Positions 1 through 7,716 of a DNA stretch of 40,865 bases are shown piece after piece (positions within the stretch are counted from its first letter, which is position 1; each line of letters starts with the position of its first letter). The DNA lies in UHGV virus genome UHGV-0180691, one strand, 5' to 3'. The DNA comes from a virus. The position numbers were made by a program, and so were the translations under genes. A model generated the notes under the pieces. It searched no databases and was not told where the DNA came from. It saw only the letters and a program-made list of their open reading frames with translations.

Positions 1-4
1 TTTA

Positions 5-706
5 TTGATATGGCTAGTCCTGAGAAACAATCCTTACAAAGGAGTTGATTTGAGCCTGGTTGAACTTAAGGACACCCTTTCGGGGGTGTCTACTTTTGCA
101 TGGATGTTCAGTGTTGTAAGTATAATTCTTGTCTTTATAGGTTGGTTCGTTACTTACAATAACTCGTTAAAAATTGCTACTCGTTCCGAGTCAAAGTCAA
201 TAATAGATGCTATTGCTAAAATTTTAAATGAAGTTTCAGATTTATCCCTCGAATATTGGGTTAATAAATCTGTTTCTCCAAGTGCGAACCCTTTTAAAAG
301 AGCAGCGAATTCTAATCCTTTTAAAAAGAAAAGGTTAGAGTCTCCCACGGGGTTATCCACACCCAGCGCAAAATTATTCATGACTGCTATTCATGGGAAG
401 TCGATACAAATAAATAAGTACATTGACTTTTTGCGTAGCAGGGGATTTGTAATATCTGACTCATTTTTCACTCAAGTTCTCATTAAAGCCACTATGGAAT
501 ATGAGAAATCATTTGTATACAGTAAAACTTACAGGGTGACACGTGCTCAAGAGGTTGCAAGTGCTTGCACTGATTTTATGATGCACTTGTACGATGAATT
601 TCAAAGAAATTATCCTCCTCGAATGCCATTTTCAATATGCGATAAAATAAGAAAATTAGATGATGATATTGACAAATGGTATCAAGGGCTTTATGAGCGG
701 CAATAA
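5..706 (+). CDS. hypothetical membrane protein; AT-rich accessory gene beside integrase (5' end may lie beyond the window)
   Basis: Reading frame is open to the window start (track begins with TTG at 5; first in-frame ATG at 104). Hydrophobic N-terminal segment FAWMFSVVSIILVFIGWFV. Visibly AT-rich compared with neighbouring phage genes (by eye, not computed). Convergent with int. No motif recognised. Confidence 0.4.
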   Translation: MIWLVLRNNPYKGVDLSLVELKDTLSGVSTFAWMFSVVSIILVFIGWFVTYNNSLKIATRSESKSIIDAIAKILNEVSDLSLEYWVNKSVSPSANPFKRAANSNPFKKKRLESPTGLSTPSAKLFMTAIHGKSIQINKYIDFLRSRGFVISDSFFTQVLIKATMEYEKSFVYSKTYRVTRAQEVASACTDFMMHLYDEFQRNYPPRMPFSICDKIRKLDDDIDKWYQGLYERQ

Positions 707-713
707 TTGCCGC
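697..713. terminator. 17-bp perfect palindrome GCGGCAAT-A-ATTGCCGC between convergent genes, followed by T-rich sequence; possible terminator hairpin
   Basis: Palindrome read directly from sequence; centred on the TAA stop of the 5-706 ORF; T-run at 722-729 is not immediately adjacent, so terminator function is uncertain. Confidence 0.3.
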
Positions 714-719
714 TTGTGT

Positions 720-1883
720 TTAAGATTTTTTTTCTATCGATGTCCTTCCATCATACTCAGTCAGGTATTTTCCGTAATGGCGGAACAGCATTTCCGGTCC
801 CTTATGCCCCATTTGTCCCGCAAGCCAAAACAGGTTAGCTCCTTGACTGATATGTCTGGTGGCGAACGTATGCCTAGTCTGATATGGGTTTCTATAACGA
901 ATACCAGCCTTACGTAATGTTGGAACCCATGCTTTTTTTCTAATTGCATCAGCACTGGCCCAAGGTTTGTTCCTTTTTGGGTCTTCGAATATCATTTCAC
1001 CTTTCATAAAAGTGAACAGTTTCTGGCTGTCGAGAGCCGCCAATGCTTCTTCAGTCAGTTCTACTTTCCTTGTGCCTGCTTTTGTTTTTGTTGCTTTAAT
1101 GACACCAACTACACTGGCATTTTGAACGTGTGCTGTCCTGCCTACAAAGTCGATATCACGCCAACGAAGAGCACACAACTCAGAACTACGCAGCCCGGTT
1201 TGTATAGCGAACCGAAAAAGGTTCTCACACTGCTTATTGCCAGTTGCTGAGAGCAATGCGTCAACTTCTGTTGGCGTCAAAGGATCTACCACATAACTAC
1301 TTTCTGCCTCTGATTTATCACTTTGGTAACGTGAGGCTGTCACTAGTGATACAGGGTTAATCTGAAGAATACCATCCGTCACCGCCTCATCCAAAGCAGA
1401 ACGCAGGAATGACAGCTGGTTTCGAATAGTCTTTAATGTGGTTTTCTGGCTCTGGATCCATGTCTTCAATGCAGCTGGCGTCAACTCACTTGCAGGAAAA
1501 ATATGAAGTGCTGACAGCGCGCTTCGGCATTTCTTATATCCGCCAATTGTTGAAGGGGACAGTTTCCTCGTTTCGCATATCACCAAATATTCGTCCAAGT
1601 ACATCTTCACAGTTTTACCGGCGGCAGCGTTGCCAAAAATTCTTAACCGGTTAGAACGAGGAAAGTATTCCGCATAAACGAAAGTCCCCCTCTCGATCTT
1701 GTTATATATTTCTCCGAGTGTGCGCTCGGCGTACTTAATGTTTTTTGGAGTTACGTCCAGATTAGAAAGGGGCTCACGGCATTTTACCCCTTTATAAGTG
1801 AAGGTAATATTTATGGTTTCACCGTTGCGATGTTTCCTGATGGTTACGCCGCGTGGGAGTTTAGGCGATTCTGTCGTGCCCAT
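720..1883 (-). CDS. int: phage tyrosine integrase
   Basis: 387 aa; C-terminal catalytic region with conserved R...HxxR...Y context (RHTFATRHISQGANLFWLAGQMGHKGPEMLFRHYGKY); located at prophage end with overlapping excisionase-like gene upstream. Confidence 0.9.
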   Translation of the reverse strand: MGTTESPKLPRGVTIRKHRNGETINITFTYKGVKCREPLSNLDVTPKNIKYAERTLGEIYNKIERGTFVYAEYFPRSNRLRIFGNAAAGKTVKMYLDEYLVICETRKLSPSTIGGYKKCRSALSALHIFPASELTPAALKTWIQSQKTTLKTIRNQLSFLRSALDEAVTDGILQINPVSLVTASRYQSDKSEAESSYVVDPLTPTEVDALLSATGNKQCENLFRFAIQTGLRSSELCALRWRDIDFVGRTAHVQNASVVGVIKATKTKAGTRKVELTEEALAALDSQKLFTFMKGEMIFEDPKRNKPWASADAIRKKAWVPTLRKAGIRYRNPYQTRHTFATRHISQGANLFWLAGQMGHKGPEMLFRHYGKYLTEYDGRTSIEKKS

Positions 1884-2062
1884 TTTGCAACCTCACTAAG
1901 ATCAATCCATCTTTCCTTAACGCCTTCGACCTTTAGCACCTGAACCCCTTCACGCCACACTCCGCGCTGTATGCGCTTATTAATAGCATCAGGGGTTTCG
2001 CCAGTCTCTTTGCAATAAGTTGAGATGGGAACACAATCGAGGCTCAGCATATACTTCTCCAT
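1844..2062 (-). CDS. xis: excisionase-like small DNA-binding protein
   Basis: 72 aa basic protein immediately upstream of and overlapping int start; position typical of xis. Confidence 0.55.
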   Translation of the reverse strand: MEKYMLSLDCVPISTYCKETGETPDAINKRIQRGVWREGVQVLKVEGVKERWIDLSEVAKWARQNRLNSHAA

Positions 2063-2084
2063 TAACCCGGCTGCACCCGAGTAA

Positions 2085-2657
2085 TTAATATTTGTCGCTG
2101 GTGGTAGGGATCAGTTTCTGCCAAATTGCTGACACGTATTTTGCCTGATGGCGCGCATCAGCCAGGGCATTGTGCACATCGCCAATAAAAGGCATGTCAC
2201 GCTTCGGATCGAAACCGACACTGCGACCGAGCGTAACAATAGTGCGCACATCGTGATCGTTCCAAAAGGCCCAAGGGCAAATGCGGCCGGCGCGTTCGTA
2301 AGCTCCACGCAGAATCACATTGTCAAAGGTGGCACCGTTACCCCAGACCTTCATGTATTTGGGATTATCTGCGTGCCGGTGAATGAAATGGCTCAGTTCC
2401 GACAGTGCATCAGTGATAGGCATCGCATCATCAACGCAAATAGCTGAGCGCGCTTCTGAGCTTTGTTTGAGCCACCAAAGAATAGTATCTCCGTCCGGTA
2501 CCGCACCCTGATCCATTGCGCTTTCAAGCGAGACGGCCGTATAGAATTCTTGGCCAAGTTCACATGTATGAGGGTTAAAAAAGACGGCACCAATTGACAC
2601 GATCGGCGCGTTTGGCTTTTTTCCCATTGATTCGAGGTCAATCATTAAGTCGTTCAA
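2085..2657 (-). CDS. putative 3'-5' exonuclease (DnaQ-like fold, phage early-left region)
   Basis: 190 aa; acidic N-terminal motif MIDLESMG resembling exonuclease motif I; 4-bp ATGA overlap with upstream ORF suggests translational coupling. Family assignment from memory, not searched. Confidence 0.5.
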   Translation of the reverse strand: MNDLMIDLESMGKKPNAPIVSIGAVFFNPHTCELGQEFYTAVSLESAMDQGAVPDGDTILWWLKQSSEARSAICVDDAMPITDALSELSHFIHRHADNPKYMKVWGNGATFDNVILRGAYERAGRICPWAFWNDHDVRTIVTLGRSVGFDPKRDMPFIGDVHNALADARHQAKYVSAIWQKLIPTTSDKY

Positions 2658-2947
2658 TTGCTTTCTCCATTGTTAATTCTTGGCTTTTGATTCACTGGGG
2701 GGGGGGGGTAGCGCGAGTCGGCGTTGTCGCTAACGTGGCAATAATGAGCCCCGTCAGGACGAGTACAAATTGTCCCGCACCTATCACATGCCAATATTGC
2801 TTCCAGCTCCGCAATCCGCTCCTCTGCTTTTGACAACTGCTCGAGAAGTTCTTCTGCTAACGTCACACGCATCACGACTTTCTGACAGTCGTGGCGTTTG
2901 GCTCTGGCGATTGTGCCGCGCAGAGTCGCATATTTGTTTGTGGTCAT
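2654..2947 (-). CDS. hypothetical small protein containing a poly-proline stretch encoded by a G12/C12 homopolymer
   Basis: 97 aa ORF; coiled-coil-like segment (EELLEQLSKAEERIAELEAIL) and CxxC; in operon context with overlapping neighbours. Confidence 0.4.
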   Translation of the reverse strand: MTTNKYATLRGTIARAKRHDCQKVVMRVTLAEELLEQLSKAEERIAELEAILACDRCGTICTRPDGAHYCHVSDNADSRYPPPPVNQKPRINNGESN

Positions 2948-3141
2948 TGGACGGACTCCTGACGAAGATGGTTAATTTCGGCGTCAAGGCTCATTCGCTG
3001 GTCCATCGATTCCGTCAAGGCGGCAAATGTAACGTCCAAGCGAGTGGCTACCTCACGCATCAGAGAGGCTTCTGCTGGTGGCAGTTTCCCCGCCGCAGCA
3101 TGGGCTGCGGCTACCAGTTCTTTTATCTTCATGCGTGGCAT
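2944..3141 (-). CDS. hypothetical small early protein
   Basis: 65 aa ORF with overlapping start/stop to neighbours on the same strand. Confidence 0.35.
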   Translation of the reverse strand: MPRMKIKELVAAAHAAAGKLPPAEASLMREVATRLDVTFAALTESMDQRMSLDAEINHLRQESVQ

Positions 3142-3668
3142 GCGCGTGATTCCATAAGCTCATTGAAACGGTTAATGAACAAGCCATATGCCTGGCCTGG
3201 GCGAAGTGGAACGATCTGGATAATGTCGCTGGCCGGAATACCTTCGAGGCAAGGCCAGAGTGAACCGTCGTCGATATCCAGATCGCGGCGTTCAGTGGCA
3301 AGCATCACCAGATCGGCATATTTCACTACCGCTGACATATCAGAGGTTATGCTGAATTTGGTGCGGATCAGGTCATCAACCATCGTTTCGATGCGTTGAT
3401 AATCCGGCAGAAGTGCTTTGAGAGGAGCAGGGATGTCCTGGCAATACGCTTCGGCCGCGTCATGCATCAGGGCTTCAAAGGCAAACTCTGGCGGCACAAT
3501 TTGGCTGCACAGCACCGAGTGCTGGGCCACGCTGTAAAATTCCGGCAGATGACCAGTGAAGCGGCAGATGTGTGAAAGTGCGGTCGCAATATCCTCGATC
3601 TCCACATCGTCAGCGGTTGAATTGAGGTAATCGAATTTCTTTCCTGAAAGTGTCTGGATATAACTCAT
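3129..3668 (-). CDS. yfdR: HD-domain phosphohydrolase (YfdR-like 5'-deoxynucleotidase family)
   Basis: 179 aa; HD motif context (ALMHDAAEAY) and upstream His (ALSHICRF); size and neighbourhood match the CPS-53-type early-left block. Confidence 0.65.
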   Translation of the reverse strand: MSYIQTLSGKKFDYLNSTADDVEIEDIATALSHICRFTGHLPEFYSVAQHSVLCSQIVPPEFAFEALMHDAAEAYCQDIPAPLKALLPDYQRIETMVDDLIRTKFSITSDMSAVVKYADLVMLATERRDLDIDDGSLWPCLEGIPASDIIQIVPLRPGQAYGLFINRFNELMESRACHA

Positions 3669-3803
3669 CGTCTTTTCTTCTCCATATTTGGCAGCTGCAC
3701 CTGCGCCAGTTTTTGGTTGTACGAATCCCTCGCCATTGGCGATTAATAAAGGGAATTACGCTTCAATAAATCCCCGCGGCGCCGGGGATTTAATGCAGAG
3801 AAA

Positions 3804-4634
3804 TTACGCTTTAAAGTTACCGATAAAGGTTTCAACCGGCTTGTCGGTGAACTTCTCTATCAGCAGGTCACGGAACTCGTTGGCGATAGCTTCTTCCTGG
3901 GCTTCCAGTTGAACGATGCGGAGTACAAACACCGGTTCCCCGCTTTTAAGCAGGCTGTTACGCAGGCTAAAGCGGCGTTCGCCTAGGCCTTCATATGGCA
4001 CGCATTTGAACTCGAAGGCGACAGGCATCACGTCTTTACTGCTGGCTTCAACGCTCTGCATCAGGGACTTTCTGCCGCCAAAATCTTCGTCTTCATGAGC
4101 TGCTTCCGAGACTTGTTTGATATTGACGCGACGAACGGCACCAGCTGCCTGCGCGATGGACAACACATTCCCGTCGGCATCAAATGCGCTCAGGAAGTCG
4201 GCCCAGTCCTCCAGCCATTCAGCAATTTCCTTCTGGCCCAGTCGATCGCCATTTACCTGAAGTAGGGCTCGGAATGGCGCTGTCTTTTTGAGGGTGATAG
4301 ATGCGACGTTATCAGCATGGCCAGGGTTAGCCAGAGTACCGATATTGAACACGGAGCGTGCGGTCATGTTGTCAGCATCGATAAAGCATCGCGCTGGTTC
4401 AGCTTCGTTGGCATAGCCAGCTGCATAACGCACAAAGTCAGGAATGCTGGTTGTGGTCATGGCACCGCGAAAACGAAAACGCTCCAGATCGAAACGCTCA
4501 AGGCTTTCTACGTTTACGCCATCAGGGAGCAGGGCAGTAGGGCATGCTGTTTCTTTAACTGCAGTAAGGTGATAACCGGAAAGAACAAGGTCTTTCACCT
4601 GCTGCAGGGCATTGCCGTCTAAAATCTGGGACAT
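3804..4634 (-). CDS. conserved phage early protein, YfdQ-like (DUF2303-type), function unknown
   Basis: 276 aa; size and position between YfdR-like and YfdP-like ORFs; assignment from memory of prophage CPS-53 gene order, not searched. Confidence 0.5.
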   Translation of the reverse strand: MSQILDGNALQQVKDLVLSGYHLTAVKETACPTALLPDGVNVESLERFDLERFRFRGAMTTTSIPDFVRYAAGYANEAEPARCFIDADNMTARSVFNIGTLANPGHADNVASITLKKTAPFRALLQVNGDRLGQKEIAEWLEDWADFLSAFDADGNVLSIAQAAGAVRRVNIKQVSEAAHEDEDFGGRKSLMQSVEASSKDVMPVAFEFKCVPYEGLGERRFSLRNSLLKSGEPVFVLRIVQLEAQEEAIANEFRDLLIEKFTDKPVETFIGNFKA

Positions 4635-4687
4635 AAAATTTCCTTAATATGTTGTCAAAGGGATGTCAGTGATTTGTCTGCTGCGGA

Positions 4688-5059
4688 TCACTGTGCCGCT
4701 TTAAGCTTTCCGTCAACGCCGCCGTTGATCCCGAACAGCTGCCCCTGATCTTCCTGCAGGATGGTCAGCTTGCCGCCTTTGTTAACCCACATTGGTGTTT
4801 CGGTGGTGTCTTCTTCGGAGGCTTTACCGCGCGGGGTTGGGGTGACGTAGTTCAGCTTGTGCTTGATCTTGACGCGCTTCTCTTCGACGGAGTTACCCAT
4901 ACGCTCAATATCAAAGGTGAGGACTACTTTGCCTTTGGTACCGTTGTTCAGAACGCCAAGCGCGGTAGTGTTTAAAGCTGCCGCGATCTTGTTCATGAAC
5001 ACGCCGGCATCCAGTTCGCCCAGGAAATCGGGCACTACGGTCATGCGGTCATTACTCAT
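4688..5059 (-). CDS. conserved phage early protein, YfdP-like, function unknown
   Basis: 123 aa; position and size consistent with yfdP of CPS-53-like early regions. Confidence 0.45.
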   Translation of the reverse strand: MSNDRMTVVPDFLGELDAGVFMNKIAAALNTTALGVLNNGTKGKVVLTFDIERMGNSVEEKRVKIKHKLNYVTPTPRGKASEEDTTETPMWVNKGGKLTILQEDQGQLFGINGGVDGKLKAAQ

Positions 5060-5268
5060 GGTTTAACCCTCTGTGAGGCGGCTGCCACCGCCAGTGGAAC
5101 TTCTCCATACACAACAGAAAAGGGCACCTGCGCTTCGGCTATGGGTAGGAGGTCCATTTCCATAGCGCCCGGGTGGATTGGGGAATGAGCCCGTCGCCCG
5201 GTGATGCCCTTGTCTCTTGTGTAAAAAAGGTGCCCACCGATGTGATGGGCAAAGACTACACACAGCAA
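5056..5268 (-). CDS. hypothetical small ORF upstream of YfdP-like gene (doubtful)
   Basis: 70 aa; ATGA overlap with downstream gene start but TTG start and overlaps another ORF in a different frame. Confidence 0.2.
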   Translation of the reverse strand: MLCVVFAHHIGGHLFYTRDKGITGRRAHSPIHPGAMEMDLLPIAEAQVPFSVVYGEVPLAVAAASQRVKP

Positions 5269-5684
5269 TGATTTTGTTGTGGCGGTGGTGCCTCCACCTG
5301 CCGGACCGGCCAGAACCGGCGACGCTACACCTCAAGAAACGTATTCATTTCAAAAGTTGAAATAAAAACTTGTTGGCCTCGTCACGTGCGCAGAGCCGCA
5401 TTACCACAACTGGAAGCGCACTCTTTCGGTAACAAACCTGCCCCCGCAGTGAAAGAGAGAAGGAGTGCGCTTTCACGTTGTGCCCTTAAAAAGCTGGCTG
5501 TCACCCTCAAGGGGAAAGTGAGCAGCCAGAACAGGGATCACTTCTTATTGCTTTGGCCTGCTTTTAACCACATCAGGCGCGGTGGTAAGTCATTTGCGAA
5601 TCATCCGGTCATTCATACGCCACCGGCGGCTACTTCGTGGGCTTCCTGCCTGTTCGCTGTTGATGAAAATGAAGATAAAAGATA

Positions 5685-5725
5685 TTTGCGAAATGCGCAA
5701 GAAATAAAATGCGTAAAACGCAATT
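5685..5725. promoter_or_regulatory. putative left operator/promoter (OL/PL) region
   Basis: Motifs TTTGCGAAATGCGCAAG (5685-5701) and ATGCGTAAAACGCAATT (5709-5725) closely match motifs in the cI-cro intergenic region (15 of 17 identical to 6542-6558). Confidence 0.45.
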
Positions 5726-5733
5726 GAAAGGGC

Positions 5734-5766
5734 GTAAAAAAACCGCCGTGTAGGCGGTTATTTGTT
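5734..5766 (-). terminator. rho-independent terminator downstream of repressor gene (possibly bidirectional)
   Basis: Stem AACCGCC / GGCGGTT with 6-nt loop (5741-5760); 7 A on plus strand upstream gives a U-run on the minus-strand transcript. Confidence 0.7.
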
Positions 5767-5777
5767 CTTAGGGGATG

Positions 5778-6473
5778 TTATCCGTGCCGTTTAACTGACT
5801 GCGACTGGCTGATCATTACCTTGCCGAAAACGTAAAATCTGTCTTCATTGGACTTATCCACTGACCACTCCCGATATTTAGGGTTATCGGAAATGACAAG
5901 AATTTTATCTGGGATCATCTGTAATCTTTTGACGTAAATTTTATCATCAAAACCAAAGACATAAATCCCATCACCATCAAACTCATTAATCGAAATATCA
6001 ACGAATATCAAATCACCTGGTTCAATGGTATCAGCCATGCTGTCACCACGAACGTTAATCACTTTGACCGTATCTGGTGTTCTCCCACCAAATAATGCGG
6101 CGGCTCTTTCGTTGTTGTACTCAATGGACCTGATGACATCGACGACATCACTACCTTGTATATGGCCCATGCCAGCACTGGCGCTGACATCGAGCAACTC
6201 GACTCTAAACACAGGGTCACCCTCTCCATAAGCTGGATTTTTACCACTGGATTTACATACAGTATTTTCATTTGGAGATGGTGTAAAGAGTTCTGCCACG
6301 CTGACACCAAGTGCCGTAGCATATTTGCTAAGCGATTGTTCAGTAAATGACTTTTGTTTTCCAGTCTCAACCCGTGAGACGTTCGCACCGTCAATACCTA
6401 CAGCTTCAGCAAGATCTGAAATTTTCATGCCCTTTTCGAGGCGTAATTCTCTAATGCGGTTTCCTATGTTCAT
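5778..6473 (-). CDS. cI: CI-like prophage repressor (N-terminal HTH, C-terminal LexA/S24-like autopeptidase domain)
   Basis: 231 aa; N-terminal HTH (IRELRLEKGMKISDLAEAVGIDGANVSRVETG); C-terminal domain with GDSM and VKRL context typical of S24 Ser/Lys dyad; divergent from cro-like gene. Confidence 0.9.
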   Translation of the reverse strand: MNIGNRIRELRLEKGMKISDLAEAVGIDGANVSRVETGKQKSFTEQSLSKYATALGVSVAELFTPSPNENTVCKSSGKNPAYGEGDPVFRVELLDVSASAGMGHIQGSDVVDVIRSIEYNNERAAALFGGRTPDTVKVINVRGDSMADTIEPGDLIFVDISINEFDGDGIYVFGFDDKIYVKRLQMIPDKILVISDNPKYREWSVDKSNEDRFYVFGKVMISQSQSVKRHG

Positions 6474-6484
6474 GCGTCCATTAC

Positions 6485-6566
6485 AGGTTGTTTTTGCGTG
6501 ATATGCAAAGCAACTTGCGCAAGTCGTAACTACACATTAATATGCGTAATGCGCAATTACAGGGGG
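6485..6566. promoter_or_regulatory. putative right operator region (OR) with divergent PRM/PR promoters
   Basis: Repeated operator-like motifs TTTGCGTGATATGCAAAG (6493-6510), CTTGCGCAAG (6514-6523) and ATGCGTAATGCGCAATT (6542-6558) between divergent cI and cro. Confidence 0.55.
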
Positions 6567-6570
6567 TATT

Positions 6571-6834
6571 ATGCAATCACCGTTAAGAAATTTGCGAAAA
6601 TCGCAAGGTTTGACTCTCTCTCATGTGGCAAACGTGGTGGACATTGATCCAGCCAACCTAAGCCGAATTGAAAGGGGTCAACAAATCGCATCACTCGATG
6701 TAGCTGAAAGGCTTGTGAAGTTTTATTCGGGCCAAATTGATGAGCTCCAAATCTTGTACCCGCACCGTTATACGCAGGCTACAGAAACTGGGGAAGCAAC
6801 GGTACCACAGGAAAAAGGGGAAAGCCGTGGGTAA
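6571..6834 (+). CDS. cro: Cro-like HTH transcriptional regulator
   Basis: 87 aa; HTH (LRKSQGLTLSHVANVVDIDPANLSRIERG); divergent from cI; RBS AGGGGG upstream. Confidence 0.8.
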   Translation: MQSPLRNLRKSQGLTLSHVANVVDIDPANLSRIERGQQIASLDVAERLVKFYSGQIDELQILYPHRYTQATETGEATVPQEKGESRG

Positions 6835-7375
6835 CGAACCGGAATGGAAAGTTGATAAGCAGCCAGCCTGGCTGGTGGCCGCAATCAAAAAAACAATCAC
6901 CGAACTGCCGGGCGGATATTCAGAAGCTGCTGAGTGGTTGGGTGTGACCGAGAACGCGCTGTTTAACCGGCTGCGTACCGATGGTGATCAGATCTTCCCG
7001 CTCGGTTGGGCGATGGTGCTTCAGCGTGCTGGTGGTTCAAACCACATCGCGAACGCTATTGCACGTCACTCGAACGGTGTTTTTGTGCCATTGGCTGATG
7101 TTGAAGAGATTGAGAACGGCGATATCAACCAGCGTCTCATGGAGTCAGTTGAGTGGATCGGCAGGCATTCGCAATACGTTCGTAAAGCTACCGCTGACGG
7201 CGTTATTGATGCTCAGGAACGCGCCCAGATCGAAGAGAACAGCTATCAGGTGATGGCTAAGTGGCAGGAACATTTGACGCTGCTTTTCCGTGTGTTTTGC
7301 GCGCCGGAAAAGAGTGACGCCCGCGAGTGTGCAGCTCCGGGCGTCGTGGCAGACAAATCTTGTATGGAGAAGTAA
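6827..7375 (+). CDS. putative CII-like/YdaT-like early regulatory protein
   Basis: Start moved to GTG at 6827 (RBS GGGGAAAG upstream; overlaps cro stop); position immediately after cro; family assignment tentative. Confidence 0.4.
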   Translation: MGNEPEWKVDKQPAWLVAAIKKTITELPGGYSEAAEWLGVTENALFNRLRTDGDQIFPLGWAMVLQRAGGSNHIANAIARHSNGVFVPLADVEEIENGDINQRLMESVEWIGRHSQYVRKATADGVIDAQERAQIEENSYQVMAKWQEHLTLLFRVFCAPEKSDARECAAPGVVADKSCMEK

Positions 7376-7380
7376 TCCGC

Positions 7381-7707
7381 ATGACCAGTTTAACGGCTTT
7401 TAACCGTTTACCGCAACTGAGGATGATCCCGGTACCGGGCGCTCCGTTGTTTCGGTATGAACGCAGAATAGCAAACCGCTGGGTGCCATGTAACCACAGT
7501 CGGGCGGTCGCAATTGTGGGGGTTTACTACAGGAAGGCGAAACGCTTATGCGCGAAGTTAACCGAAGGTTCAAAGACCACAGAGGGATCCCCGTTCGGGT
7601 TATCCGGTGGGAGCCAGAGACTCAACGAGTTATCTACCTGCGGGATGGTTATAACCACGAATGTTTCAGCCCGCTCGAACAATTCAAGCGCAAGTTTACA
7701 GAGTTAA
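7381..7707 (+). CDS. hypothetical early protein
   Basis: ATG at 7381 with GGAG 10 nt upstream; 109 aa; between cII-like and replication genes. Confidence 0.35.
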   Translation: MTSLTAFNRLPQLRMIPVPGAPLFRYERRIANRWVPCNHSRAVAIVGVYYRKAKRLCAKLTEGSKTTEGSPFGLSGGSQRLNELSTCGMVITTNVSARSNNSSASLQS

Positions 7708-7716
7708 AGGACGACC

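Noticed and set aside
700-708. 9-bp sequence GCAATAATT shared with 36977-36985, considered as an attL/attR core
   Set aside because: Too short to be significant, and the left copy is part of a 17-bp palindrome that is better explained as a terminator hairpin; no tRNA-like sequence at either site.
5063-5335. Arginine-rich 90-aa minus-strand ORF considered as an N-like antiterminator
   Set aside because: TTG start, Cys/His/Trp/Pro-rich composition looks like an off-frame translation, and it overlaps another candidate ORF; cannot be supported without codon-usage or homology evidence.
5413-5435. boxA-like sequence (CTCTTTCGGTAACAAA) suggesting a nut site
   Set aside because: It lies on the plus strand whereas the PL transcript would be minus-strand; resemblance to boxA is partial.
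5386-5727. 113-aa plus-strand ORF between the early-left genes and cI
   Set aside because: GTG start with no RBS, oriented against the expected PL transcript and running into the OL operators; more likely non-coding leader.
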